From: Marinilabiliaceae bacterium
GTDB lineage: Bacteria; Bacteroidota; Bacteroidia; Bacteroidales; VadinHA17
Length of the DNA stretch: 64,000 nt
Assembly: GCA_036350795.1 (NCBI GenBank)
Contig: JAZBNV010000028.1
Location: 5,235-69,234 of the forward strand
Reading direction: 5' to 3'
In this document: piece by piece, positions 27,007-39,144 of the stretch
Layout: each line of letters opens with the position of its first letter
Numbering within the stretch: position 1 is the first letter of the stretch
Notes under the pieces: generated by a model
What the model saw: only the letters and a program-made list of their open reading frames with translations
Told to the model about the DNA's origin: nothing
The model's database searches: none
Program-made: the position numbers and the translations under genes

Positions 27007-28245
27007 TTAAATCATTCCCAGAACACTTATAATACTTTTTATTCCCAGTGCAGTTGCCACCAGCAGTACAAGCACTCCGAGGATATTTGCAATTGGCCCG
27101 TTACTGTTGGATTTCAGCAGGCTTTTATTGTTCATTACCCTGAGAAGGAAGAAAGCTATAAAGGGCAAAAGTATCCCATTGGTAATTTGCGCAACGAATA
27201 TAGCTTTCACAGGCTTCAGGCCAATAGCCGAAAAAATAATCCCGGTAAGTAATACTGATATCCAGACAGCTCTGAACTTTGGAGACTTCATATCCGCCTT
27301 CCATCCTAGTATCTCAGAGCTTGCATAAGCTGCTGCCAGGGGCGCGGTAATGGCACTTGAAACCCCTGCAGACAATAAGCCCAGCGACAGGAATATTCCC
27401 GATGTCCTGCCAAGCAGGGGAGTAAGCTGCTGTGCAATATCAGCTGCGTTGCTTACAATGCCTGAAGTTCCGAAAAAGGCTGCTGCTGATGTTATTACAA
27501 TAGCTATTGATATCAGGCCACCGGCTCCTATTGAAATAATGCTGTCGCTCCTTACCAGGCTGAGCTTACCCGGATCCTTCCATCTTTGCTTCACTGCTGA
27601 TGCATGAAGGAAGAGATTATAGGGTACAACAGTAGTACCTATCAATCCCATAATTGTCAGTACAGAACCTTCAGGCAGCGACGGGAGCAGGCCTTTTGCT
27701 ATATTCAGCGGATCGGGTTTAACGATAATGGCTGTGGAGATAAAGGTTATGCTCATTAGAATAACAAGTACAATCAGTCCCTTCTCAATTACCCGGTAAC
27801 TGGCAGATATCAGCAGGCAGAACGCAATAAGGCCTATAACAGGACCCCAGAACAAAAATGAAAAATTTCCTATTTTTATTGAGCCAATACCGCTTATTTC
27901 TTCCAGGCCCATTGCTCCGCCTACAATGTTACCCGTTTCATAAGCTGCATTGCCTATAGCTATCGCAACTATTACTATAACTATAGAAAGAATCCTCCCT
28001 GCAGCATGCTTAAATTCATTGCGCATAGCCTCTCCGAGACCTACCTGGCCTATTAAACCAAGCCTCGCAGACATTTCCTGCAGAACCAGTGTTGCAAGTA
28101 TTGAAAACACTAAGGCCCACAGCAGGCTGTAACCGAAACCAGCGCCTGCAATAGTGCAGGTTGTTACTGTTCCTGGTCCGATAAATGCAGCAGCTACCAG
28201 GGCTGCCGGACCAACTGCTTTAAGCCTCTGTATTATTTTGTTCAC
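27007..28245 (-). CDS. NRAMP-family (YcsG-like) transporter, in operon with pxpABC
   Basis: AAFIGPGTVTT, LQEMSARLG and GTTVVPYNLFLH motifs. Confidence 0.88.
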   Translation of the reverse strand: MNKIIQRLKAVGPAALVAAAFIGPGTVTTCTIAGAGFGYSLLWALVFSILATLVLQEMSARLGLIGQVGLGEAMRNEFKHAAGRILSIVIVIVAIAIGNAAYETGNIVGGAMGLEEISGIGSIKIGNFSFLFWGPVIGLIAFCLLISASYRVIEKGLIVLVILMSITFISTAIIVKPDPLNIAKGLLPSLPEGSVLTIMGLIGTTVVPYNLFLHASAVKQRWKDPGKLSLVRSDSIISIGAGGLISIAIVITSAAAFFGTSGIVSNAADIAQQLTPLLGRTSGIFLSLGLLSAGVSSAITAPLAAAYASSEILGWKADMKSPKFRAVWISVLLTGIIFSAIGLKPVKAIFVAQITNGILLPFIAFFLLRVMNNKSLLKSNSNGPIANILGVLVLLVATALGIKSIISVLGMI

Positions 28246-28474
28246 GACCCTTATATAACCAGTCCGGGATTAATATGAATTAATTCATGAAATTAGCAAC
28301 TATATTTTTATTATGTCTCTTTCATCCAAAGATTATTTCAAAACTACCTGTAAATGGCTGTTTGATTAATTCCGATAATCTTTGAGTTTTCTCATTATTT
28401 TCAATATTTTCGTAGCTTGAATAATTCCAGGGATACTTTTCAAGGTAGATCTGGCTGAAGCTGAACTAAACGGA

Positions 28475-30583
28475 TTGATTATGACTATCAAAAATCCAGA
28501 CGACTCTGTTCTTAACGAACAACTCAATTCCGGAGAAAACGGGAAAGAATCTGAAGAAAACAAAATAAGTACCCGGGAGCCGGCTCCCGGGCCTGATTCG
28601 GACGCTGCTGATAAAGTTAAGGCTGCTAAAGATAATGCAGGGAGCGATACTGAAAGCATCCCTGTGAGTGATGATGCCTCAGTTTCTGAGGAGGATGAGG
28701 AAGCAGGAAAGGAAGCTGCCGATGTGGAAAACACGACTGAGGATAGTGATGCCTCAGCTTCTGAGGAGGAGGATGAGGAAGCAGAAAAGGAATCCAGTTC
28801 TGTTAAGGACCTTAAGGCTGCTGAGGAAAAGGAAGACAAACTGGAAGATTTGCCAGAGGTCGACTATTCAGCGCGCTCACGTTCTGAACTTGTTGAGACA
28901 CTTGAAATCCTGATAGAGAACAGACCCCCGGTAGAGATCCGGGATGATGTAGATAAGATTAAGATACTGTTCTATAAAAAATATAAGTTCGAAGTAGATG
29001 AACTGAAGTCCAGGTTTTTGGCTGAGGGCGGCAGTGAGGAAGACTTTAAGCCTCCTGTAGATGAACTTGAAAGCATAATGAAACGACTCCTTTCAAAGTT
29101 CAGGTCAAAAAAGGCGGAGCACGGCCGGCAATTTGAAATGGAAAAGCAGGAGAATCTCCGGAGGAAATATGAAATAATTGAACAGATAAAAGACCTGGTT
29201 AACAGGGAAGAGTCAATAAATAAAACATTCCAGGAATTCAGGGAGCTGCAAAATGAGTGGTACTCCCTGGGTGCGGTTCCTCAAAGTTCGCTTAAAAACC
29301 TCTGGGAAACTTATAACCACAATGTTGAAATATTTTACGACTATATTAAGATAAATAAGGAATTAAGGGATCTCGATTTTAAAAAGAACCAGGAGCTTAA
29401 GGAAGCACTGTGTGTTAAGGCAGAAGAATTAATAAAGGATCCTAACCCGATATCATCTTTCAGAATACTGCAGGATTTCCACCTGCGCTGGAGAGAGATT
29501 GGACCGGTGCCCAGGGAATACAGGAATGAGTTGTGGGAACGATTCAAGGAGGCCACCTCGGCAATAAATAAGCGACACCACGAATATTTTGAAAAGCAGA
29601 AAGATGAGCAGAAAGCTAATCTTGATGCAAAAACTGAGTTATGCGAAAAAGTTGAATCAATTCTGCAGGAGGAATTAAAGAGCTTCAAAGAATGGGAAGA
29701 TAAGGCAAAGCAGGTGATACTTATTCAGAAAAACTGGCGGAAGATTGGCTTTGCTCCAAAGAAATACAATACAGCAATATATAATCGTTTCAGGGCAGCC
29801 TGCGATAAGTTCTTCCAGGAGAAGAGAAACTACTATGCTGCAAATAAAGAAACACAGGTAAGGAACCTTGAACTTAAAACTGCTCTTTGTGAGAAGGCGG
29901 AAGAAATGCAGGATAGCACAAACTGGAAAGCTACCACCGAGGAATATATTAAATTACAGAAAGAGTGGAAGGAGATAGGTTCTGTTCCGCGTAAGTATTC
30001 TGATAAAATATGGAAGAGGTTCAGAAAGGCATGCGACACCTTTTTTAATAAAAAATCTGAATTCTTTTCAGAAGTTGATTCTTCGTTCGACGAGAACCTT
30101 GAAGCCAAAGAAAAGCTAATTCAAAGACTTGAAGATTTTGAGCCCGGAGTTAAGCTTGATGAAGCCTTTGAAGAACTCAAGAAAATACAGGAAGAGTGGA
30201 ATTCAATTGGATATGTTCCTTTCAGGAAAAAGGATGAGATTTCAAATAAATACAGGGTAGCACTTAATAAACAGTTCGATAAACTTAAAATAGACGAGGA
30301 TCAAAAGGCAATTATAAAATTCCAGAATAAACTTGAAAACCTTAAGGAAAATCCAAAAGCTTCTCGTAAATTACGAACCGAGCGTGACAGGTTTATTCTA
30401 AGAATAAAGCAACTGGAAAGTGATATTGTTACTTGGGAAAACAATATAGGTTTCTTTTCCAAATCAAGTAATGCTGACTCAATGATTAAGGAGGTAAAAG
30501 ACAAAATTGAGAATGCCAGGAAGACGATAGAGATGCTGGAGGAAAAAGTCAGGATGATAGATCAATCCGGTCTGGATGAATAA
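28475..30583 (+). CDS. DUF349 repeat protein with acidic disordered N-terminus
   Basis: Repeated 'W..IG.VP....LW.RF..A...FF' units. Confidence 0.9.
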   Translation: MIMTIKNPDDSVLNEQLNSGENGKESEENKISTREPAPGPDSDAADKVKAAKDNAGSDTESIPVSDDASVSEEDEEAGKEAADVENTTEDSDASASEEEDEEAEKESSSVKDLKAAEEKEDKLEDLPEVDYSARSRSELVETLEILIENRPPVEIRDDVDKIKILFYKKYKFEVDELKSRFLAEGGSEEDFKPPVDELESIMKRLLSKFRSKKAEHGRQFEMEKQENLRRKYEIIEQIKDLVNREESINKTFQEFRELQNEWYSLGAVPQSSLKNLWETYNHNVEIFYDYIKINKELRDLDFKKNQELKEALCVKAEELIKDPNPISSFRILQDFHLRWREIGPVPREYRNELWERFKEATSAINKRHHEYFEKQKDEQKANLDAKTELCEKVESILQEELKSFKEWEDKAKQVILIQKNWRKIGFAPKKYNTAIYNRFRAACDKFFQEKRNYYAANKETQVRNLELKTALCEKAEEMQDSTNWKATTEEYIKLQKEWKEIGSVPRKYSDKIWKRFRKACDTFFNKKSEFFSEVDSSFDENLEAKEKLIQRLEDFEPGVKLDEAFEELKKIQEEWNSIGYVPFRKKDEISNKYRVALNKQFDKLKIDEDQKAIIKFQNKLENLKENPKASRKLRTERDRFILRIKQLESDIVTWENNIGFFSKSSNADSMIKEVKDKIENARKTIEMLEEKVRMIDQSGLDE
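28673..28792 (+). repeat. Imperfect direct repeat (about 42-45 bp) inside the DUF349 gene
   Basis: gatgcctcagtttctgaggaggatgaggaagcaggaaaggaa (28673-28714) versus gatgcctcagcttctgaggaggaggatgaggaagcagaaaaggaa (28748-28792). Confidence 0.8.
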
Positions 30584-30603
30584 GAATTTTCAGATTTAAT
30601 TAA

Positions 30604-32226
<1,623 letters not shown>

Positions 32227-32253
32227 AGATTTTTTAATTGTTAAAGGATAATA

Positions 32254-34224
32254 ATGGACAGAAATACTATTACGGGCCTGGTACTGATCTTCGCGATCTT
32301 TATAGGCTTTAGTTTATATAACTCTCAGAAGAATAATAAGGCCTTCGATTCTCTTGTATCTGTTGCGGATTCATTGTACGAAGCCGGGGATTATGATAAA
32401 GCACTTATAGAGTACCAGAAGGCACTGCAGTATAAAAGGGGAGAGCCGGCCACTATTGAAAAAGTCAGGCAAATAAGGGACAGGCTTGCTCCTGAGTTAA
32501 ACACTGAATCTGATACTGCTGCTGCAAAAAATGATCCTGGCGTAAATCCTGAACAGCTTCAGAAACCCGCAGAAAATATTTCTGCTGATTACCTGGGTGA
32601 TTTTGCTGAATCAGGGTCTGGTGAACTAAGCTTTATTACACTCAGAAATAATAAAATAGACATAAAGATATCAAACAGGGGAGGCAGGCCTTACAGGGCC
32701 GAACTGCTCGAGTTCAAGACTCATGACGGTAAACCCCTCGTAATGTTTGATGGTGATTCCACCATGTTTGGTTTCAAGTTTTTTACATCTGACAATAAGC
32801 CGATTCAAACAGACAGACTATATTTTGAACCTGTTAATACACCTGAACTTGTTGATGCAGGTGAAGATGCTGGTGTGGTGGTAATGAGACTGAACTCCGG
32901 TGCAGACAGTTATATTGAATACAGGTATACACTCGAGCCCGATTCATATATGCTCGGTTTCAATGTTTCATTTGTTGGGATGAACCAGACAATAGCTTCA
33001 AATCTCAATTCCCTGTCTTTCGACTGGCAGGCCTATATCAGGCAGCAGGAAAAAGGCAGGCAGAATGAGAATATGTATACCAACCTGAAGTATAAGCTAT
33101 ACCAGGATGCTGTTGAAGGATTCAGGGACAGGTCGCAGAAGGATGTTGAAGAGAATGATATTACCACCAGGATGGAGTGGGTGGCTTTTAAGGACCAGTT
33201 TTTCTCGTCTGTGCTAATTAACGAAGAATACTTCAGTAATGGCACAGTAAAAACAGAGAAGTTACCTGACGAAAGTATATATCACAGGCTCTTCACGGCT
33301 GAACTGGGCCTCCCATACAATCCCGCTGCAAATACATCATATAAGATGAAGATGTATATTGGCCCGAATCATTTCACAACATTGAAATCATACGGCTATG
33401 AGCTGCAGGAACTGGTGATGCTGGGTAAGAATATAATAAGGTGGATAAACCAGTATGTAATAGTTAACATCTTTAACTGGCTTAACAGGTATATCAGCAA
33501 TTTCGGGCTTATTATTCTTATTCTTACCTTAATAATAAAAATAGTCCTGTTCCCTCTTACCTACAAATCATATCAGTCGCAGGCAAAAATGAAAGTCCTG
33601 AAACCACTGGTAGATGAAATAGGCAAGAAGTTTCCCAAGCAGGAGGATGCCATGAAGAAGCAGCAGGCCACTATGGACCTTTACAAGAAGGCCGGGGTAA
33701 GCCCACTTGGAGGTTGCCTTCCAATGATTCTTCAGATGCCAATCCTCTTTGCCATGTTCAGGTTCTTTCCGGCTTCAATTGAACTTCGCCAGGAAAGCTT
33801 CCTGTGGGCTAAAGACCTTTCGACTTATGACTCAATATTTGATTTACCCTTTACAATTCCAATGTATGGCGATCACATCAGCCTTTTTACACTGCTGATG
33901 ACAGTATCGACAATAATAACCATGCGCATAAACAGCCCCCAGCAAACCGGTTCTGAACAGGTGCCCGGCATGAAAATGATGATGTATCTTATGCCGGTTA
34001 TGTTTATGGTGATACTTAACAACTTTTCTTCAGGATTGACATATTATTACTTTCTTGCAAATATTTTTACTTTTGGACAGAACCTGATTGCGAAGAGATT
34101 CGTGGATGAAGAAGCAGTACTAAAGAAGCTTGAAGCAAATAAAAAGAAAGCTCCTTCAAAATCAAACTTCCAAAAGAGACTGGAAGAAGCAGCGAAAAAA
34201 CGAGGTCATAAACCTCGGAAATAA
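32254..34224 (+). CDS. yidC: Membrane protein insertase
   Basis: MDRNTITG N-terminus, GGCLPMILQMPI and LWAKDLS; follows pyrG as in many Bacteroidota. Confidence 0.96.
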   Translation: MDRNTITGLVLIFAIFIGFSLYNSQKNNKAFDSLVSVADSLYEAGDYDKALIEYQKALQYKRGEPATIEKVRQIRDRLAPELNTESDTAAAKNDPGVNPEQLQKPAENISADYLGDFAESGSGELSFITLRNNKIDIKISNRGGRPYRAELLEFKTHDGKPLVMFDGDSTMFGFKFFTSDNKPIQTDRLYFEPVNTPELVDAGEDAGVVVMRLNSGADSYIEYRYTLEPDSYMLGFNVSFVGMNQTIASNLNSLSFDWQAYIRQQEKGRQNENMYTNLKYKLYQDAVEGFRDRSQKDVEENDITTRMEWVAFKDQFFSSVLINEEYFSNGTVKTEKLPDESIYHRLFTAELGLPYNPAANTSYKMKMYIGPNHFTTLKSYGYELQELVMLGKNIIRWINQYVIVNIFNWLNRYISNFGLIILILTLIIKIVLFPLTYKSYQSQAKMKVLKPLVDEIGKKFPKQEDAMKKQQATMDLYKKAGVSPLGGCLPMILQMPILFAMFRFFPASIELRQESFLWAKDLSTYDSIFDLPFTIPMYGDHISLFTLLMTVSTIITMRINSPQQTGSEQVPGMKMMMYLMPVMFMVILNNFSSGLTYYYFLANIFTFGQNLIAKRFVDEEAVLKKLEANKKKAPSKSNFQKRLEEAAKKRGHKPRK

Positions 34225-34329
34225 TAGATTTCCCGTCAGGGAATAACACAATCTGCCGGTTGTGGATACATATTTAATTAATAATTAATTATGCCTGGTT
34301 TATACCACGCTGCTTAAATTGTAATTGTT

Positions 34330-35358
34330 ATGGCAAGGAAGGTAAAAATAAAAGACATTGCAGCCAGGCTGGGCCTGTCAAGCACCCTTGTTTCGCTGGT
34401 ACTGAATAATAAAGCTGACAAGCACGGAATAAAGAAGGAAACCCAGGAGAGGGTTATAGCACTTGCCCAGAAGATGGGTTTTTACGAAAATGAGCGCATA
34501 GATCCGGTAAAGGATATTTATGACATTGGACCCGGTATTATTGGCATGGTTGTTTCTGACCTGAAAGACCAGTTTATAGTCGAAATATCTGATCATTTAC
34601 GCAAGGCATTTTCAAGTATAGGATATGGATTCTCTATTATCACCTGGGATAAGAATGATAACAGGTTCAGGAGAATTGTATCTAATATGCGAAGAATGTA
34701 TGCCGGTGTAATTCTCGCAGGAGACGCGGCAGATGATAATATTATACGTGCCCTTAAAGCCTCGGACTATCCCTTTGTTGTTCTTGAAAGATCTGATGTA
34801 AACCTTCGCCTCAATATCGTAATGAGCGATTGCCAGGCAGGAGCCAGGAAACTGGCAGCACATCTGAATAAGTTTAACTACAGGTCTGTGGCTATCCTGC
34901 ATTCAGATGATTCTGCCTATTCACATAATAAAGTCAGATGTATCAGGGAAACCATGGAGCAGGAAAGTGAGGACTTAAGTATTAATAGCTACAAGATTGA
35001 TCTTGATATTACTCAAAATGTTGATATAGATAGTGTTAAGTCTTATTTTACTCCGCCTGATGCCGTACGGCTTCTGATTGTTGTTGAATCAATGCTGGTT
35101 TATCCCATGATTGAAGCTGTGAGGAAATTGAAGCTCCGTATTCCCGGCGATGTGGCCCTGGTATCGATGGAGAATGGAATAGGTTTTGACCTGATGGAAA
35201 CATCGGTAACACGACTGAAAAGGGATATAGCTTCCATGGCATCAAAAACCGTCTCGATACTGTGGACAGAAATAAAGAACAGTGGAAAGAGCAAATATAA
35301 AAGAACAGTAAGCCTTGCACCCGATTTGATAGTAGGGAGATCATGCGGGCAATTATAA
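34330..35358 (+). CDS. LacI-family transcriptional regulator
   Basis: HTH 'IKDIAARLGLSSTLVSLVLN'; 'LRIPGDVAL' and 'LIVGRSC' in the sensor domain. Confidence 0.9.
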   Translation: MARKVKIKDIAARLGLSSTLVSLVLNNKADKHGIKKETQERVIALAQKMGFYENERIDPVKDIYDIGPGIIGMVVSDLKDQFIVEISDHLRKAFSSIGYGFSIITWDKNDNRFRRIVSNMRRMYAGVILAGDAADDNIIRALKASDYPFVVLERSDVNLRLNIVMSDCQAGARKLAAHLNKFNYRSVAILHSDDSAYSHNKVRCIRETMEQESEDLSINSYKIDLDITQNVDIDSVKSYFTPPDAVRLLIVVESMLVYPMIEAVRKLKLRIPGDVALVSMENGIGFDLMETSVTRLKRDIASMASKTVSILWTEIKNSGKSKYKRTVSLAPDLIVGRSCGQL

Positions 35359-38009
35359 ATAACAGAAAGATGAACCTGTTTAAAGCCAATATTCTTTTAG
35401 TCCTGGTTTGTGCCATTATTACCGGGTCGTGCAAAAGGGATAAAGTCTTCTCAAGAAGTGATTATTCTGAATATATTACCGGGGAATTCAATAATACGAA
35501 AATTCTTGCCGGGAAAAGAAGTAATCAGCTCTTTTCTGTATTGAACGATAGCCTGGAGGAGGATATTAAAAGAGCCATGGAATTCTATTATGCTTCGATG
35601 CCCTTAAGTGATCTTGCTGATTATGATGGTGAATTTTTCCTTGCCAATGTTAAGAAAACCTTTGATGCATATAATGATTATGAATGGTGCAGAACCATTC
35701 CCGAAGATATCTTTCTGCACTTTGTTCTGCCACTTAGAGTAAATAATGAGAATCTCGACCATTTCAGGATAAACTATTATGCAGAAATCAGGGAAAGACT
35801 CAGGGATATTGATAATATTGAAGATGCAGCCCTCGAAATAAACCACTGGTGCCATGAAAAAGTATCATACCAGTCGGCCGATATAAGAACCTCTGGTCCC
35901 GAAAGCACAATTCTTTCTGCACGGGGCCGGTGCGGAGAAGAATCAACCTTTACTGTCGCTGCACTCAGAACGGCAGGTATTCCTGCACGCCAGGTTTATG
36001 TGCCAAGATGGGCTCATAGCGATGATAATCATGCCTGGGTCGAAGTATGGCTTGATGGTATATGGAAATACCTGGGAGCATGCGAACCCGAACCCATGCT
36101 TAACAGGGGATGGTTTACCGGACCGGCCAGCCGCGCAATGCTGGTTCATACAAAAACCTTTGGAAGGTATTTTGGGTCTGAAAGTGTGGTGAAATCATTG
36201 CCAGAATACTCAGAAATAAACTGCCTTCATAATTATGCCCCAACAAGAACCATAGAGCTCAGGGTTATAAGTGCAGATAGCAACAGCCTTGCCGGGGCTG
36301 AAGTTGTATTCGGGCAAATGAACTATGCTGAGTTTTACCCGCTTGCCACAATTATAAGCGGGCAGGACGGAAAATGTAAATTTACCACCGGAAATGGAGA
36401 TATATTCGTATGGGTATCATCGAATGGTAATTCTGCCTTTGCTGAAATCGATATCAATGATAATAAACCGGTAATAGTACTTGATAAAGACCAGTTGGCA
36501 ACAGATAAGGTTTTTACCTACGAATTATCTGTACCACCGGGCACCAGGTCAGATGCAGTTCTTGCAGATGAATTGAGGGATATTAATACCATGCGGCTAA
36601 AATATGAAGACAGTATAAGACATTCTTATATTTCTTCGTGGCCCGGGGATGCTGAAATTTCAGCATTTTTAAAGGCCGAAGATTGCAGTATTGATGATTT
36701 TCTTCCCCTGGTAAAAACATCAATGGGAAACTACAGTGAAATTTTCGATCTTCTTAAAATGCTCGATCAGGGGCATAAGAAGGATGCTCTTGCCCTGCTG
36801 CAGGTTATTGCTGAAAAAGATCTCAGGGATTCCAGCGCGGAAACGCTCTTCGACCATATTGTGAATGCCAGGAAATACTACAATAATGAGTATTCTGAAG
36901 AAATATTCGTAAAATATATTCTTAACCCCAGGATTGCAAATGAAATAATTAAACCCTGGAGATCATATATTCAGAACCAGCAGGATAAGCAAACGATAGA
37001 AGCATTCAGAAAATCGCCGGAAATATTGTCAGAATGGATGAACGAAAACCTTCAACCGGAAGATGAAAGGAATTACTATGGTGTGCCCATTACACCACGG
37101 GGTGTACTTGAACTTGGAGTGACAGATACTCCTTCACGAGATATTTTATTTGTTGCCTGCTGCAGGGCATGTGGAATACCCGCACGACTTGAGCCGGGCA
37201 CCGGTCTGCCTCAATATATGGCTGAAGGAAAGTGGATCGATCCTTATTTCAGCGACCGGGGTGTTATAGAACCGCGTTCAGCCAGTATTAGCTTTGAATG
37301 GGATGGAACAGGACCCGAACCTGCTTATTACAGCTCTTTCACCCTGGCAAAGCTAAATGAAGGTGAATATAAAACCCTTGAATATGATTATTACAGGAAG
37401 CTGACAGATTTTACTGAGCCCCTGTTATTAAGTCCGGGCTTATATATGCTCACAACCTGTACACGGCCCGATGACAGCAGGATGCTTGCCTCTGTTTCTT
37501 TCTTCGAACTTATTGAAAACGAAAGTACCAGTCTCAGGATTGAACCAATACATATATTAAGCGATTTGAATGAGCTGGCAGTTCTGCAGTCTGATTCACT
37601 ATTATCCTTAAGCGGTGACTATATTAATACTGAAGACCTGCTTAAGGGGCAGGCAGTATTTGCCTGGATTGACCCGGGGAAAGAGCCCAGTAAACACCTT
37701 TTAAATGAGATTCAGTTGTTAAAAACTGAATTTGACAGCTGGGGCGGTAATTTTGTATTTCTTACCGAACCTTCAGTTCTTACACCTTCTTTCAGTACAG
37801 GTTTATATAAGAACCTGCCTGAAAACAGTCTCTTTTTCAGCGATCCGAAATATACTTTGCTCAAAAAGACTTTTCCGGATATAAATACCGACGCCTCACT
37901 TCTTCCGATTGTGCTCTTTGTTCTGAATGATAAATCGGTAGTATACAGATCGTCAGGATATAAAATTGGCTACGGTAACCAGGTATTTTACCTTACCCGG
38001 AACCTGTAG
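35343..38009 (+). CDS. Transglutaminase-like lipoprotein (two TG-like domains)
   Basis: Lipobox ITGSC (start likely at MNLFK); GRCGEES and HAWVE in domain 1; second 'CRACGIPAR' domain lacks the catalytic Cys. Confidence 0.85.
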   Translation: MRAIINNRKMNLFKANILLVLVCAIITGSCKRDKVFSRSDYSEYITGEFNNTKILAGKRSNQLFSVLNDSLEEDIKRAMEFYYASMPLSDLADYDGEFFLANVKKTFDAYNDYEWCRTIPEDIFLHFVLPLRVNNENLDHFRINYYAEIRERLRDIDNIEDAALEINHWCHEKVSYQSADIRTSGPESTILSARGRCGEESTFTVAALRTAGIPARQVYVPRWAHSDDNHAWVEVWLDGIWKYLGACEPEPMLNRGWFTGPASRAMLVHTKTFGRYFGSESVVKSLPEYSEINCLHNYAPTRTIELRVISADSNSLAGAEVVFGQMNYAEFYPLATIISGQDGKCKFTTGNGDIFVWVSSNGNSAFAEIDINDNKPVIVLDKDQLATDKVFTYELSVPPGTRSDAVLADELRDINTMRLKYEDSIRHSYISSWPGDAEISAFLKAEDCSIDDFLPLVKTSMGNYSEIFDLLKMLDQGHKKDALALLQVIAEKDLRDSSAETLFDHIVNARKYYNNEYSEEIFVKYILNPRIANEIIKPWRSYIQNQQDKQTIEAFRKSPEILSEWMNENLQPEDERNYYGVPITPRGVLELGVTDTPSRDILFVACCRACGIPARLEPGTGLPQYMAEGKWIDPYFSDRGVIEPRSASISFEWDGTGPEPAYYSSFTLAKLNEGEYKTLEYDYYRKLTDFTEPLLLSPGLYMLTTCTRPDDSRMLASVSFFELIENESTSLRIEPIHILSDLNELAVLQSDSLLSLSGDYINTEDLLKGQAVFAWIDPGKEPSKHLLNEIQLLKTEFDSWGGNFVFLTEPSVLTPSFSTGLYKNLPENSLFFSDPKYTLLKKTFPDINTDASLLPIVLFVLNDKSVVYRSSGYKIGYGNQVFYLTRNL

Positions 38010-38102
38010 TGTCAGCAGACCTGCCTGTTTTGTTTAACATTTATTGATAAAATAATCACGTATTTTTTTTACATATCTGATATTTGCATACTTTTGCATA
38101 TA

Positions 38103-38302
38103 TCAGGTAATGATACAATTTTCTAATGTATCATTAAAAGGGAATGCGGTTTGAATCCGCAACAGTACCCGCTGCTGTGATGCCCATTGCCTGGTTCCTG
38201 TTTATCAGTAAACAGGACGGCAATAGAGATCTTTTACCTGCAGCCACTGGCCAAAAAGGTTGGGAAGGCGTAAAGATCGGGATAATTCAGAAGACCTGCC
38301 TG
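38103..38302 (+). promoter_or_regulatory. Cobalamin (B12) riboswitch
   Basis: AGGT..AAAAGGGAATGCGGT..AATCCGCAACAGTACCCGCTGCTGTGA..GCCACTG..GGGAAGGC..TCAGAAGACCTGCC; TACTTTTG promoter box at 38089-38096; upstream of btu genes. Confidence 0.95.
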
Positions 38303-38406
38303 TTAAGGAGAAATCCTAAGCTTTCGGGATAAAAGCGATGGTTATGCGACATCACTTTTGTTTCCTGCTTGAATAAAAAGTAGTGTAAAACAAAAACCTA
38401 ATCAAA

Positions 38407-39138
38407 ATGAAAAAGAAGTTTCTTTTTTTAACAGTGGTGCTGACTGTATTACTTTCATCATGTGAAAAAAATAAAATCACAACAGACCTTGTGGATTTTG
38501 AAGATCTTGCCGTAAATGGCGATGGTATCTGGAATGGATCAGCAGGAGAGGAAGGTTTCGTGTCGGGAAATGTCTTTTTTCCCAATATTTATGACACCCA
38601 GTACGATTCGTGGACAGGATTTGCATATTCGAACCATACTGATATTAATACAGCAGAGTATTCAAATCAATATTCTTCAATTGCAGGAAGTGGTGCAGAA
38701 CAATCATCAAAGTACGGGGTATTCTTTTCGTGGACCAACGACACCCTTGTTTTCCTGAGACCCGAAAAGGTCACAAATATCTCGGTGTCGAACTCCACTT
38801 ATGCCTACCGGGTAATGGAATCAGGTAATGACTTTGCAAAGAAATTCGGAGGTGAGGATGGAACAGACCAGGACTGGTATACACTTACCCTTACCGGGAT
38901 TGATGAAAGCGGACAGCCAGCCGGGAGCCTGGAGATATACCTGGCCGATTTTCGCTTTGCTGACCCGCAAATGGATTATATTTCAAATGTCTGGAATGAC
39001 CTTAGCCTGGAATGGATGGGTTTTATTAGTAAACTGGTCTTTACCGTGGCATCCAGTGATGTAGGACTCTATGGCATAAATACGCCTACTTATGTTTGCC
39101 TCGATAATATAGAAGGTCAACTCTTACCTCTTGAGTAG
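38407..39138 (+). CDS. DUF4465 surface lipoprotein (BtuJ-like cobamide-binding protein)
   Basis: Lipobox LSSC; 'WTGFAYSN', 'YLADFR' and 'TPTYVCLDN' motifs; first gene after the B12 riboswitch. Confidence 0.8.
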   Translation: MKKKFLFLTVVLTVLLSSCEKNKITTDLVDFEDLAVNGDGIWNGSAGEEGFVSGNVFFPNIYDTQYDSWTGFAYSNHTDINTAEYSNQYSSIAGSGAEQSSKYGVFFSWTNDTLVFLRPEKVTNISVSNSTYAYRVMESGNDFAKKFGGEDGTDQDWYTLTLTGIDESGQPAGSLEIYLADFRFADPQMDYISNVWNDLSLEWMGFISKLVFTVASSDVGLYGINTPTYVCLDNIEGQLLPLE

Positions 39139-39144
39139 AACTGT

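Noticed and set aside
24547-28245. pxpABC + transporter as part of the peptide system
   Set aside because: It is a convergent, self-contained and widely distributed operon, and the predicted core starts with Asp, so it would not form pyroglutamate.
28673-28792. Direct repeat as CRISPR or mobile-element end
   Set aside because: Only two imperfect in-frame copies, encoding an acidic low-complexity linker.
28366-28839. Ser-rich 157-aa minus-strand ORF
   Set aside because: It is the antisense shadow of the Glu/Asp-rich DUF349 N-terminus.
38144-38332. 62-aa ORF upstream of the btu operon
   Set aside because: It overlaps the cobalamin riboswitch, which explains the sequence.
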